Source: Actinomycetes bacterium
GTDB lineage: Bacteria > Actinomycetota > Acidimicrobiia > Acidimicrobiales > Ilumatobacteraceae
Reading direction: 5' to 3'
Assembly (NCBI GenBank): GCA_025356335.1
Contig: JANXUF010000082.1
Location: 1,910-65,909, forward strand
Length of the DNA: 64,000 nucleotides
The translations under genes were made by a program, and so were the position numbers. The notes beneath the pieces are model-generated. The model was not told the origin of the DNA. It did no database searches and saw only the letters and a list, made by a program, of their open reading frames with translations. Positions 42,873 through 54,748 of this stretch are shown in pieces. Position 1 is the stretch's first letter. Each line of letters starts with the position of its first letter.

Positions 42873-43826
42873 GTGATCAAGGGTGCCGCCATTCCGGTGG
42901 CGGGGTTCGAGGCCGACCGGATCACCGAGGACATCGCCTTTGCTGCCGAATCCGGTCTGACACAACTGCGCTTCGCGGTCAACTGGGCGAAAATGCAACC
43001 GAAGGCCGGGATCGTCGTCGGCGACTGGGTCGAGCGCTATCGATTCGCAGCCCAGACGTGTACCGGTCTCGGCATCGAGCCGTGGTTCATGTTGCTCCCC
43101 CAACAGTTCCCCAAGTGGTTCGAGAACGAGGGAGGGTTCCTCGACGAACGGGCTGCCGGCCGCTTCTGGCCGCGCTGGGTCGAGGCGGTCACCGATGCTC
43201 TCGGCGATGTCGCCGCCGGGTGGATTCCGATCGAGGCACCGTTCGCCCTTGCCGAACGCATCGTCCCGAACGACCCGCGCCGCCACGGTGACGTCGTCAA
43301 CACGCTGACGGTCGCCTGGCGCGACGCCTGGAGGATCCTGCGCGGCGGCCAACCCGTTGCCACCTCGATCGATGTCAAGGTCGTCCGCCCGAAGGACGAG
43401 ACGATCCAGGAAGCCGAGCTGTCCCGCCGCGAGGATCAACTTCGGTGGCGGGTCTGGCTGCAGGGACTGCGCGATGGAACCATCAGCATTCCAGGGCGCG
43501 CCGACCGGGAGTTGGCGGACTTCGCCGGATCCTGCGACATCGTCGGCGTTCGTGGGCGCGGCGAAACGGAGACGATTCTCTACCGAGCGGCCGAGATGGC
43601 CCCCGATCGGCCGATCGCGCTGACGTTCAAGCCGGATGGCAAGAACGATGTCGAGCGGACTCGCTCGGTCGAAGCAATGAGCGTCGAACTCGCCAGATCA
43701 GCTGAAGAACTGCCGATGGCCTCCGTGACCATCACCCCGTTCCGCGACGCTGGTGGTGCAACAGACGGCATCGTCACCGTCGATAGGGAATTGAAGGACA
43801 GCGGACACGCCTTTCTGCTGACCTGA
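42873..43826 (+). CDS. Short glycoside-hydrolase-family-1-like protein (possibly non-catalytic)
   Basis: GH1-like N-terminal half (LRFAVNWAKMQP, GIEPWFMLLPQQFPKWF, WIPIEAP in place of TxNEP). I cannot find an ITENG-type nucleophile motif. Confidence 0.5.
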   Translation: MIKGAAIPVAGFEADRITEDIAFAAESGLTQLRFAVNWAKMQPKAGIVVGDWVERYRFAAQTCTGLGIEPWFMLLPQQFPKWFENEGGFLDERAAGRFWPRWVEAVTDALGDVAAGWIPIEAPFALAERIVPNDPRRHGDVVNTLTVAWRDAWRILRGGQPVATSIDVKVVRPKDETIQEAELSRREDQLRWRVWLQGLRDGTISIPGRADRELADFAGSCDIVGVRGRGETETILYRAAEMAPDRPIALTFKPDGKNDVERTRSVEAMSVELARSAEELPMASVTITPFRDAGGATDGIVTVDRELKDSGHAFLLT

Positions 43827-43871
43827 ACGTACGCCCGAGAACTGTGTATCTGTCTCACCCGTCGACCGCTC

Positions 43872-44249
43872 ATGAACTCCATGGAGATCGGGAGTGTGCA
43901 GGTACTGGGCCACACGACGCAAGCGTCGCGTGCGCTGGGCTCGATGGCAGCGCTGGCGATCCTCGACCTCGCCGGCGCGTTGATCGCCAGGCGATACGCG
44001 GTCAATCATTCCTCGCTCGCGCTCGCCGGCGGTTGCCTCGTCTTTGCCGCTCTGTTCTGGGTCTATGGCAGGAGCCTTGCCTATGCGGAGTTGGCGACGG
44101 TGACGATCGGCTGGATCGTGTTGCTGCAGGTCGGTGTGCTCTTCGTCAGCCGATTCCTCGACGGAGTCACCATCCCTCCGGGGAAGTGGATCGCTATCAT
44201 CGCTATCTTGCTGCTGCAGGGCTATCTGCTGCTCGCCCCGTCGACCTAA
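43872..44249 (+). CDS. Small 4-TM membrane protein (SMR/DMT-like)
   Basis: Four hydrophobic helices in ~105 aa. The start is uncertain (ATG 43872 or 43944). Confidence 0.45.
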   Translation: MNSMEIGSVQVLGHTTQASRALGSMAALAILDLAGALIARRYAVNHSSLALAGGCLVFAALFWVYGRSLAYAELATVTIGWIVLLQVGVLFVSRFLDGVTIPPGKWIAIIAILLLQGYLLLAPST

Positions 44250-44309
44250 CACGCTCCGGCGCGTGGCGATGCACTGTGGAGGCAGACGGCCCGATGTTGC
44301 TCGTCTGGA

Positions 44310-44915
44310 TCACACCGCGAGGCGCGCCTGCAGGCCTGCTTTGACGGCTGACCATTCTTCGGAGACGATCGAGAACATCGCCGTGTCTCGGGGGCCGGGG
44401 CCTGGCTGCGCAGGCTGGAAGCTCCGCAACACTCCCTCGAAGCGGGCACCGATGCGTTCGATCGCTGCGCGGCTGCGCTCGTTGCGCGCATCGGTCTTCA
44501 ACTGCACACGGACACAGCCCCACGTTTCGAAGGCATGTGTGAGCATCAGCAGTTTGGCCTCCGTGTTGACCATGCTTCGTTGCGCCGATGCTGCCAGCCA
44601 CGTGCCGCCGATCTCGCACGACTCTGGCAACCGCGAGTCGGCAGCCCAATACTGGATCGTCAGGAATCGCGTCGTGCCGACGACCTGGCCATCGGACAGG
44701 CGGAGGGTGGCGAAGGCGACCCAGTCAAGCGTCTCGTGAGCTGTGGCGACATAGCGCAGTGCCTCGTCGACACCGTCGGGGACGCCGGTGAATCCGTACG
44801 ATTCACGGTTCTCTGCAGCTGCAGCCGCCAAGCCGACTGCGTGGCGATCTTCGATCGGCTCGAGGCGGACGAACGAACCGGTGAGTGTGACTGCTTCGGG
44901 TCGGCGATCAGCCAC
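44310..44915 (-). CDS. GNAT-family N-acetyltransferase (RimJ/RimL-like)
   Basis: 201 aa. VRLEPIEDRH...GTWLAASAQRSMVNTEAKLLMLTHAFE...NERSRAAIERIGARFEG. Confidence 0.8.
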   Translation of the reverse strand: MADRRPEAVTLTGSFVRLEPIEDRHAVGLAAAAAENRESYGFTGVPDGVDEALRYVATAHETLDWVAFATLRLSDGQVVGTTRFLTIQYWAADSRLPESCEIGGTWLAASAQRSMVNTEAKLLMLTHAFETWGCVRVQLKTDARNERSRAAIERIGARFEGVLRSFQPAQPGPGPRDTAMFSIVSEEWSAVKAGLQARLAV

Positions 44916-46320
44916 GGCTGCGGTACGTCGAACGCGACCCTGAGGAGTCCTTGTTCAGACGCTTCGACAGATGGAGTCCTTCGAGCACCAACTCGACGGC
45001 GCTGGCGATCGCCGCCGGCGACTCGTCGCCCTCTGTCAGGGTCAACACGACGTTGCGCAACGGCGGCATCGTTTCGACGAGGCGGGCCTCGTCGACCGAC
45101 GTCACGTCTTCGCCGGTGTGGGCGACAATGCCCTCTTCGAATGCACCGACGACGTCACGGACCTGATCCGGGGTGACCTTGGCCTTGTAGACCGCGAGCA
45201 CAGCGCTCCGCAGCATGTTGTCGACGATTGCGCCCTCGCGGCCCTCCTCCAGCGACTCGATCTCGATCTTGCCGCTACTCGACGCCGGCAGCGCGTCGAG
45301 GTCACAGATACGGGTGACGACAGTGTTCTCACCCGCCCGGAGGCCGCGTCGCAGGGCGTTGGCGGCGAGCACTTCGTAGTTGCTGACCGTCAGTCGCACG
45401 GACACGCCGCTCTTCTGATTGACGTGGGTACTGACCCGGGCCAGTTGCGTGAAGGTGGCGATGATCTCCTCCATGTAGGCGGGCACCGTGACCTTGACGC
45501 TGCCGATGCTCGGCGGGCGTGCTTCTTGGCGCACGATTGCCACTTCGGTGGCGATGTCGAGCGGGTAGTGCGTGCGGATCTGGCTGCCGAAACGGTCCTT
45601 CAGCGGTGTGATGATGCGGCCGCGGTTGGTGTAGTCGTCGGGGTTCGCCGAGGCGAGGAGGATGACGTCGAGCGGTAGACGGATCTTGTAACCGCGGATC
45701 TGCACGTCACGCTCCTCGAGCACGTTGAGCAGGCCGACCTGGATGCGCTCCGCGAGGTCCGGGATCTCGTTGATCGCAAAGATGCCGCGGTTCGTGCGGG
45801 GTACGAGGCCATAGTGCAGTGTCAGTTCGTCTGACAGGTAGCGGCCCTCCGCAACCTTGATCGGGTCGACTTCACCGATGAGGTCGGCGATGGAGGTGTC
45901 GGGGGTTGCCAGCTTCTCGCCGTATCGCTCGTCGCGGTGGACCCACGAAATCGGTGTGTTGTCCCCCTCGGCGGCGATCAGATCGCGGGCATGCTTCGAA
46001 ACCGGGTTGTACGGATCGTCGTTGATCTCGCTGCCGGCGACGACCGGCATCCACTCGTCCAGCAGCCCGGTGAGTGAGCGGATCATCCGCGTCTTCGCCT
46101 GGCCGCGCTCGCCGAGGAAGATGATGTCGTGGCCGGCCAGTAACGCATTCTCCAACTGCGGCATCACCGTGTTCTCGTAGCCGAGCACACCGTCGAACAA
46201 CGGCTCGCCCGCAGCTATCTTGGCGACTGCGTTGGTGCGCAGTTCTTCCTTGATCGGCACGGACTTCCAGCCCGACGCCTTGAGGTCTCCGAGCGTCTGT
46301 GCAAGTTGCGTCATCGTCAC
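44908..46320 (-). CDS. AAA+ ATPase, Mg-chelatase ChlI / MoxR-like
   Basis: FLGERGQAKTRMIR (Walker A-like) and GIFAINEIPDL (Walker B-like). 470 aa. Confidence 0.8.
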   Translation of the reverse strand: MTMTQLAQTLGDLKASGWKSVPIKEELRTNAVAKIAAGEPLFDGVLGYENTVMPQLENALLAGHDIIFLGERGQAKTRMIRSLTGLLDEWMPVVAGSEINDDPYNPVSKHARDLIAAEGDNTPISWVHRDERYGEKLATPDTSIADLIGEVDPIKVAEGRYLSDELTLHYGLVPRTNRGIFAINEIPDLAERIQVGLLNVLEERDVQIRGYKIRLPLDVILLASANPDDYTNRGRIITPLKDRFGSQIRTHYPLDIATEVAIVRQEARPPSIGSVKVTVPAYMEEIIATFTQLARVSTHVNQKSGVSVRLTVSNYEVLAANALRRGLRAGENTVVTRICDLDALPASSSGKIEIESLEEGREGAIVDNMLRSAVLAVYKAKVTPDQVRDVVGAFEEGIVAHTGEDVTSVDEARLVETMPPLRNVVLTLTEGDESPAAIASAVELVLEGLHLSKRLNKDSSGSRSTYRSRG

Positions 46321-46438
46321 GACGATAGCTGTATCGCCGACGGCTTTACCGTTCGGGGCATGGACCGGCCGGCGAGTTGGCGACGTCGGTCTGTCGGCCG
46401 GTCCAACGGCGACGACACCTGCCCTCTACGCTCGCTGC

Positions 46439-48574
46439 ATGCAGTTGTCGGGTCCATGGCGAGCGGCAGAGGCTGACGACGAGTTGCGTCGTTCAGGTGT
46501 CGGAATGGCGTTCGACGACTCCGCATGGGCACAGATCGCCGTGCCAGGTCATTGGCGGTCGCACCGGGACTTCGCAGCCTCTGACGGACCGATGCTCTAT
46601 CGAACCAACTTCGACTATCCGACACCTGCGCACGGCGAACGTGTCTGGGTCGTCTTCGATGGCATCTTCTACCAGGCCGATGTGTGGCTGGACGGCGCCT
46701 ACCTCGGCGATCCAGAGGGTTACTTCTCCCCGCACAGCTTCGACATCACTGCGCTGGCGAGACTCGAGGAGTCACATGCGCTGGCCGTCGAGTTGAACTG
46801 TGCGCCGCAAGGCGATCGTCGCAACAAGCGGCTGATCACCGGAGCGTTCCAACACGACAGCGCGATCGACCCGTCCTGGAATCCCGGCGGGATCTGGCAG
46901 CCTGTCCGTGTCGAGACGACGGGTCCGGTGCGTATCGAGAAGCTCCGCGTGCTCTGCCGCGACGCCAACGTCGACCGCGCCGATCTGCAGTTCGTCGCCC
47001 AACTCGACTGCGACGCCAATCAGACAGTCCGAATCCGCACGACCGTCGGCGGTTACACCGATCGTGAACGCGAACAGCCGTTGGCGCGTGGCAGCAATGA
47101 AGTGTCGTGGACACTCGGTGTCAACAACCCGACGCTGTGGTGGCCGTGGTCGCTCGGCGAGGCGGGACTGACGAACATCACCGTCGAAGTCGCGGTCGAA
47201 CACGCAATCAGCGACCGGGTCGAACGCCGTATCGGATTCCGCACGGTCAGCCTCAATGACTGGGTGTTCTCGGTCAACGGAGAGCGGCTGTTCGTCAAAG
47301 GTGTCAACTACGGCCCGACGACACGTGCACCTGGCGAGGTCGACGCAGCAGTCATCCGGCGCGACCTCGAAATCGCCAAGGACACCGGGTTCGACCTCGT
47401 TCGCGTCCACAGCCACATCGCCTCGCCGGCACTGTACGACGCAGCCGACGAACTCGGGCTGATGATCTGGCAGGACTTTCCACTGCACCGCGGCTACTCG
47501 CGCCACATCGGTGATCAGGCCAGCAGCCAGGTACGCGAAGCAGTCGATCTACTCGCGCATCATCCGTCGATCATTGCATGGTGCGGGCACAACGAGCCGT
47601 TCCGTGGCAGTCAACGTGACGGCGAGCATGGCGAAGCGCAGACGGTCGCTGAGCACTTCGAGATCAAGACGGCACTCGGACAACAACTGCCCTCCTGGAA
47701 CCGGACGCTGCTCGACCGACGCGTCAAACGGGCGTTCGAGCAAGCGGACGACACGCGCCCGGTCATCGCCCATTCCGGTGTGCTCCCCCATCTTCCGCAG
47801 CTCAACGGCACGGACACGCATCTGTACCTCGGCTGGCATACCAACACCGATCGCGAGCTCCCCGGTCTTGCCGCGAGCCTGCCGCGCCTCGTCCGTTTCG
47901 TCGGCGAATTCGGAGCCCAGTCCGTCCCTGACTCCGCGGACTTCATCGACGCATCGATGTGGCCGAACCTGGATTGGGATCAACTCGAAGCGCACTTCGG
48001 TCTCGACAGAGCCGCAATGGAGCATCACGTACCGCCCCGACGATTCGACACCTTCGACGAATGGAGGCTGGCGACGCAGGCATACCAGTCGACGCTGCTG
48101 CGGTTTCACATCGAGACCCTCCGCCGACTGAAGTACTCCCCGACCGGCGGCTTCTGCGTCAGCCAGTTGACAGATCCGCAGCCGGCGATCTCCTGGGGCC
48201 TGCTCGACTCCAGCCGCGTTCCCAAGCTCGCGTTGAACGCCGTTGCCGAGGCAGTACGTCCGTTGATCATCGTCGCTGATCGCCTGCCCGATGCGGTCCA
48301 ACCCGGTCTGGCAATGGCCCTCGACATCCACGTCGTCAGTGACCTGCGCGTTCCGCTGGCCGACGCCCAGGTCGATGTCGCCCTGCGTTGGAAGGGCGGC
48401 GCTCATGAGTGGCACTATGCCGGCGACATTCATGCCGATTCCGTCAGCCGCGTCGGCACGGTTCGCTTCGTCGTGCCCGCCGTCTACGGCCGGCTCGAAC
48501 TGGACCTCAGCCTGACCAGTCCCGACGGGGCAGCCACCAACCGCTACAGCACGACGATCGCTCCAGCCGTGTGA
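46439..48574 (+). CDS. Glycoside hydrolase family 2 (beta-mannosidase / beta-galactosidase-like)
   Basis: Sugar-binding N-domain, GVNYGP, CGHNEPF (acid/base Glu), FVGEFGAQS (nucleophile Glu). ATG at 46439. Confidence 0.8.
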   Translation: MQLSGPWRAAEADDELRRSGVGMAFDDSAWAQIAVPGHWRSHRDFAASDGPMLYRTNFDYPTPAHGERVWVVFDGIFYQADVWLDGAYLGDPEGYFSPHSFDITALARLEESHALAVELNCAPQGDRRNKRLITGAFQHDSAIDPSWNPGGIWQPVRVETTGPVRIEKLRVLCRDANVDRADLQFVAQLDCDANQTVRIRTTVGGYTDREREQPLARGSNEVSWTLGVNNPTLWWPWSLGEAGLTNITVEVAVEHAISDRVERRIGFRTVSLNDWVFSVNGERLFVKGVNYGPTTRAPGEVDAAVIRRDLEIAKDTGFDLVRVHSHIASPALYDAADELGLMIWQDFPLHRGYSRHIGDQASSQVREAVDLLAHHPSIIAWCGHNEPFRGSQRDGEHGEAQTVAEHFEIKTALGQQLPSWNRTLLDRRVKRAFEQADDTRPVIAHSGVLPHLPQLNGTDTHLYLGWHTNTDRELPGLAASLPRLVRFVGEFGAQSVPDSADFIDASMWPNLDWDQLEAHFGLDRAAMEHHVPPRRFDTFDEWRLATQAYQSTLLRFHIETLRRLKYSPTGGFCVSQLTDPQPAISWGLLDSSRVPKLALNAVAEAVRPLIIVADRLPDAVQPGLAMALDIHVVSDLRVPLADAQVDVALRWKGGAHEWHYAGDIHADSVSRVGTVRFVVPAVYGRLELDLSLTSPDGAATNRYSTTIAPAV

Positions 48575-48609
48575 CACCGCCGGCCGCCGCAGCGACCCGC
48601 AGCGAGGGC

Positions 48610-49383
48610 TCAGGTTCGGCTGAGGGACTTGCGGTTCTTGAATTTCGACTTGCGGTAGTCCTGGTTCATCAGCGCGATGAAGTCGAGGCTGATGCCCTTC
48701 GGGCAGGCCGCCTCGCACTCGCCGTGGTTCGTGCACGAGCCGAAGTGCTCGTCCATCTTCTCGACCATCGCTTCGGTCCTGGCAAAACGCTCCGCCTGGC
48801 CCTGTGGCAGCATGTTGAGGTGGGCGATCTTCGCCGACGTGAACAGGTTGGCTGCACCGTTCGGACAGGCGGCGACGCAGGCACCACAGCCGATGCATTC
48901 CGCCGCATCCATCGCTGCATCGGCGACCGGCTTGGGGATCGGGATGAGGTTGGCGTCAGGCGCACCACCGGTCGGGGCGGTGATGAAACCGCCGACCTCG
49001 ATGATGCGGTCGAACGCCGAACGGTCGACCATCAGGTCCTTGAGGATCGGGAACGCCGATGCGCGCCACGGCTCGACGACGATCGTGTCGTTGCTGGCGA
49101 ACTTGCGCATGTGCAACTGGCAGGTCGCCGTCATCCTTGCAGGTCCGTGGGCCTGGCCGTTGATCATCAGCGAGCAGGTGCCGCAGATGCCTTCGCGGCA
49201 GTCGTGGTCGAAGACGATTGCTTCCTTGCCCTCGTTGATCAGGCGCTCGTTGAGCACGTCGAGCATTTCGAGGAACGAGGCTTCGTCGCTGATCTCCGGG
49301 ACGTTGTAGTTCTCGAAGCGGCCGCCGTCGGCGGGGCCGTCCTGGCGCCAGACCTTGAGCGTGATGTTCTGTATCGCTTCCAT
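48610..49383 (-). CDS. sdhB: Succinate dehydrogenase / fumarate reductase iron-sulfur subunit
   Basis: Three Cys clusters: CREGICGTCS, CIGCGACVAACP, CTNHGECEAACP. Confidence 0.9.
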   Translation of the reverse strand: MEAIQNITLKVWRQDGPADGGRFENYNVPEISDEASFLEMLDVLNERLINEGKEAIVFDHDCREGICGTCSLMINGQAHGPARMTATCQLHMRKFASNDTIVVEPWRASAFPILKDLMVDRSAFDRIIEVGGFITAPTGGAPDANLIPIPKPVADAAMDAAECIGCGACVAACPNGAANLFTSAKIAHLNMLPQGQAERFARTEAMVEKMDEHFGSCTNHGECEAACPKGISLDFIALMNQDYRKSKFKNRKSLSRT

Positions 49384-49426
49384 TAGCGTCGTGCTCCTTC
49401 GTCGCAGCTTCGCATCGGATGAGTGC

Positions 49427-51345
<1,919 letters not shown>

Positions 51346-51349
<4 letters not shown>

Positions 51350-52113
51350 GATTTCACCTTCACGATGTTGGCCAGCACGGCGATCGGGAACGAGACGTTG
51401 CCGACGACGATCAGCGTGGCGATACCGATCGCTGCTTCACGCCGCCATTTGTTGAACCGGGGATTCGACCAGCCCATCGACTGGAACAGGCTCCACACAC
51501 CGTGGAAGAGATGAATGCCGAGGGCGATATTGGCGATGATGTAGAAGATCGCCACTGCGGGCCTGTCGAGTGTGTTGACGACGTTCTCGTAGGCGTGGCC
51601 ACGTACGAAGCCGCTGCCATTGAGCGTGCCGGCGGTCAGGTCGAGCAGGTGCCAGATGATGAACAGCAGCACGATGATGCCAGACCAACGCATCGTTCGG
51701 CTGGCGAAGTTGGCGGCGACGTAGTCACGTTCAGACTGATATTTGACCGGACGGGCCTTGCGGTTGAGGATCGTCAAGCTGTAGGCGGCGTGGATGTGCA
51801 GCAGGATCGCACCGATCAACGTCAGGCGTAGCAGCCACAGCGTGACGGTCCTCGGCAGGATCGGCACGAGCAGTTCACGCAGGAACTCGGCGTAGTGATC
51901 GAACTCGGCAGGCCCGAGATACATCTTGAGGTTGCCGATCATGTGCACGAGCACGAAGCCGATCCCGATGATCCCGGTGATCGCCATCACATATTTCTTG
52001 CCGACCGCGGTCGAATAGATATCGAGCAGGAATGGCTTCCGTTTGCGCTTCTGCGTCGCAGTCCCGGTGACCGGGCTGCGATCCGGGGCCGGTTTGCTGA
52101 TTGTCGATGCCAT
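51346..52113 (-). CDS. sdhC: Succinate dehydrogenase cytochrome b558-type membrane subunit
   Basis: 255 aa, five TM helices with conserved His residues. 4-nt overlap with sdhA. Confidence 0.8.
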
Positions 52114-52263
52114 TCTTTACGGCCTCCGTCTGCGAGCAGTCTGCGTCGCCCATGGGCGGTCTGAACGGTAGTCCCGATGTGAACATAAGGTGAAACTCAG
52201 ACTGGAACCATCGCTGGTACGTATAACCACTAACTGTTTTAGGCGTGCACTCCACAAACGTGA

Positions 52264-52896
52264 CTACAGGCCGAGGTCCGCCCCACCGAAGGCGGCAACT
52301 GCCGCCGGATCTCCGCTCACGGTGGCCTTCGATGCGCCGTGACGACCGAACAGGTACAGCCCGATCTCGATCGGCTCGCCGCTGATCGTCACCCTCGGTG
52401 CCTTGCCGGTCGTGATCGTCGACCCGTTCGGACGCTTCAGTTCCATACCGAATCCCTTCGGTAGGCCGGGTGTCAGCCTCGCGGCGTGGCCGTAGAGCTT
52501 CCACAGCGCATCCTGCAGATCGTCGATTCCCTGACGCGGTCCCCGTCCGTTGGCTCGGCGGAGATCTTCGTGATGGATGACGAACTCGTTGAGGTTGATG
52601 AACTTGCTGATCAACTTCGTGGCGAGGGGAGGCCCTGCCCGCACGAGCCCGACGACGGCCGGGAACCCCTTGGCGTGTTCTCGCTCTTGAGCAGATTCTG
52701 TCGCCTTGGCGAGCGCCGGGAACTTGTCACCGAGCAGGATGCCCGGTCCGCCACGGAGGCTGCGCTCGCGGACGACAAGATGCGTGGCGAGATCGAAGGC
52801 CGTCCATCCCTCGCACAACGTCGGGACATCAGGCCCCAACTCGAGGAAAAGATCACACAGCAGGTGTCGCTCGCGGATATCGAAGTGTTCAGCCAT
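52264..52896 (-). CDS. TIGR03085-like DinB/mycothiol-dependent-isomerase-fold metal-binding protein
   Basis: MAEHFDIRERHLLCDLFLELGPDVPTLCEGWTAFDLATHLVVRE. ATG at 52896. Confidence 0.6.
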   Translation of the reverse strand: MAEHFDIRERHLLCDLFLELGPDVPTLCEGWTAFDLATHLVVRERSLRGGPGILLGDKFPALAKATESAQEREHAKGFPAVVGLVRAGPPLATKLISKFINLNEFVIHHEDLRRANGRGPRQGIDDLQDALWKLYGHAARLTPGLPKGFGMELKRPNGSTITTGKAPRVTISGEPIEIGLYLFGRHGASKATVSGDPAAVAAFGGADLGL

Positions 52897-52900
52897 GCAC

Positions 52901-53353
52901 CTAGTGAACCGCCTGTGATTCATCACCGGCGATGAGTATCCACTCGACGCCCAACGCTTCATATGTTTTGGTGGCTCGACGATCGGCCGTGAGCATCGGG
53001 AGTGCCCGCATCAGCGCGCTGGCTGCGACGACAGCGTCATAGACCGCTCCACCGGCGATCGACGTGTCGGCCAGTGCGGCCGTCAGCGAGGAGTGTGCCT
53101 GCGGAGTCAGCCATGCGACGTCGGCAAAGTTGTGCGAGATGATCGTCCGTGCGCTCGTTGCGCTGAGGCGGAAGGCATCCGGCAGACGACTCAGTACGGA
53201 AAACGTCTCGAACCATGCGTGTCCGGCGAGGGCCGGAGCCCACTCGTTCACCGCCAGAACACTGACATCGTGGTTCGGGTGCGCGCCCAATGCAAGAGCG
53301 ACGGCAACGCTGGTATCGGCGACCGCCCTCGCAGGCGGTCTACCTTTGGGCAT
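52901..53353 (-). CDS. vapC: PIN-domain toxin (VapC-like)
   Basis: Acidic quartet positions ADTSV, WFETFSVL, VYDAVVAASA and LTADRR. 14-nt overlap with the upstream antitoxin. Confidence 0.7.
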   Translation of the reverse strand: MPKGRPPARAVADTSVAVALALGAHPNHDVSVLAVNEWAPALAGHAWFETFSVLSRLPDAFRLSATSARTIISHNFADVAWLTPQAHSSLTAALADTSIAGGAVYDAVVAASALMRALPMLTADRRATKTYEALGVEWILIAGDESQAVH

Positions 53354-53579
53354 CGAGTCGCATGGCGCGCAGGTCGTTCTCCGTCAGGTTCGCACCCGCA
53401 CCCTCGACGACGAGAAATTGCCCGTGCGCGCTCACCTTGGCGTCGCCGGGGCGACGCTCGATCCTGATCGTCCACCCGTCCAGTTCGATATCGACCTCGT
53501 CGCCGGCGACCAGCCCGAGTTCGGTTCGCAACGACTTCGGGATCACCACCCGTCCCCCAGCGTCAATGGTCGACCTCAT
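53340..53579 (-). CDS. vapB: AbrB/SpoVT-fold antitoxin (VapB-like)
   Basis: MRSTIDAGGRVVIPKSLRTELGLVAGDEVDIELDGWTIRI swapped-hairpin motif. 79 aa. Confidence 0.7.
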   Translation of the reverse strand: MRSTIDAGGRVVIPKSLRTELGLVAGDEVDIELDGWTIRIERRPGDAKVSAHGQFLVVEGAGANLTENDLRAMRLDAQR

Positions 53580-53647
53580 GCCATCGACGCTACCATTTGC
53601 AATGCCATCGACGGCACGGGAATCCTGCCTCCGTTCGCGTTCCGCGT

Positions 53648-54733
53648 TCAGACGGAGGCGGGCTCCTTTGCCGACTCGACGAAAGCCCGCTGAGCCACGA
53701 TCTTGACGGTGACACGGTCGCCGGGGTTCGGTTGGGTGATGGAGTCGGCGGCTGCGTCGGCATCGACCAACGTGTCGGTACTGTCCAGGCGCACCTTGAC
53801 CCGAATCGTCGAGCCTTGAAACGCCGCGGTGACCACCGTTCCCGCCAGACCATCGTTGCCGTTGCCGTTTCCGTTGCTGTGCTCGACCAGCAGACCCTCC
53901 GGCCGCACCAGCACCTTGACGGCGTCGCCGGGCCCGAAATGCTCGACACCCTTGGCAGGAATTGCCGTACCGCCGACCTCGACCGAACGCCCGTCGCTGC
54001 GAACCGTTCCGGGCAGTTCGTTGACGGTACCGACGAAACGGGCAACGAACGACGACGACGGATCCTGATAGACGGCCGTCGGGTTGCCGATCTGTTCGAG
54101 GCGGCCGTTGGACATGACGCCGACGCGATCGGAGACAGCCAGGGCCTCCTCCTGGTCGTGGGTCACGAACAGCGTGGTGGTGCCGGTTTCCAGTTGGATT
54201 CGGCGGATCTCGTCGCGGAGATTGACGCGCACCTTGGCATCGAGCGCCGACAGCGGTTCGTCGAGCAGCAACACTTCAGGCTGGATGGCAAGAGCTCGGG
54301 CAAGGGCGACGCGTTGCTGCTGCCCGCCCGACATCTGCTGCGCGTACCGCTTTGCCTGCGGGGACAGACCGACGAGGTCGAGCATCTCGGCAACACGCTT
54401 GCGGCGCTGCTCGCCCGACTGCTTCCGCAGACGCAAACCGAACGCCACGTTCTCTTCGGCGGTGAGGTTGGGAAACAGGCTATATGCCTGGAACACCATG
54501 CCCATGTTGCGCTTGTTCGCCGGTTTGCGGGTGATGTCGGTGCCACCGAGCAGCACAGAACCGGAGTCGGGAACCTCGAACCCGGCGACGATGCGCAGAG
54601 CCGTGGTCTTGCCGCAGCCGCTCGGGCCGAGCAGGCAGACGAGCTCACCATCGCCGAGCGACAGGTCGAGATGTTCCAACGCGGCGGTTCCCGCAAACGT
54701 CTTGCGGACGGCCGACAATTCCAAAGCAGACAC
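53648..54733 (-). CDS. ABC importer ATP-binding protein (PotA/FbpC type with C-terminal TOBE-like domain)
   Basis: GPSGCGKTT, MSGGQQQRVALARAL, LLLDEPLSALD. Confidence 0.9.
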   Translation of the reverse strand: MSALELSAVRKTFAGTAALEHLDLSLGDGELVCLLGPSGCGKTTALRIVAGFEVPDSGSVLLGGTDITRKPANKRNMGMVFQAYSLFPNLTAEENVAFGLRLRKQSGEQRRKRVAEMLDLVGLSPQAKRYAQQMSGGQQQRVALARALAIQPEVLLLDEPLSALDAKVRVNLRDEIRRIQLETGTTTLFVTHDQEEALAVSDRVGVMSNGRLEQIGNPTAVYQDPSSSFVARFVGTVNELPGTVRSDGRSVEVGGTAIPAKGVEHFGPGDAVKVLVRPEGLLVEHSNGNGNGNDGLAGTVVTAAFQGSTIRVKVRLDSTDTLVDADAAADSITQPNPGDRVTVKIVAQRAFVESAKEPASV

Positions 54734-54748
54734 GTAGGGGCCTCCGAG

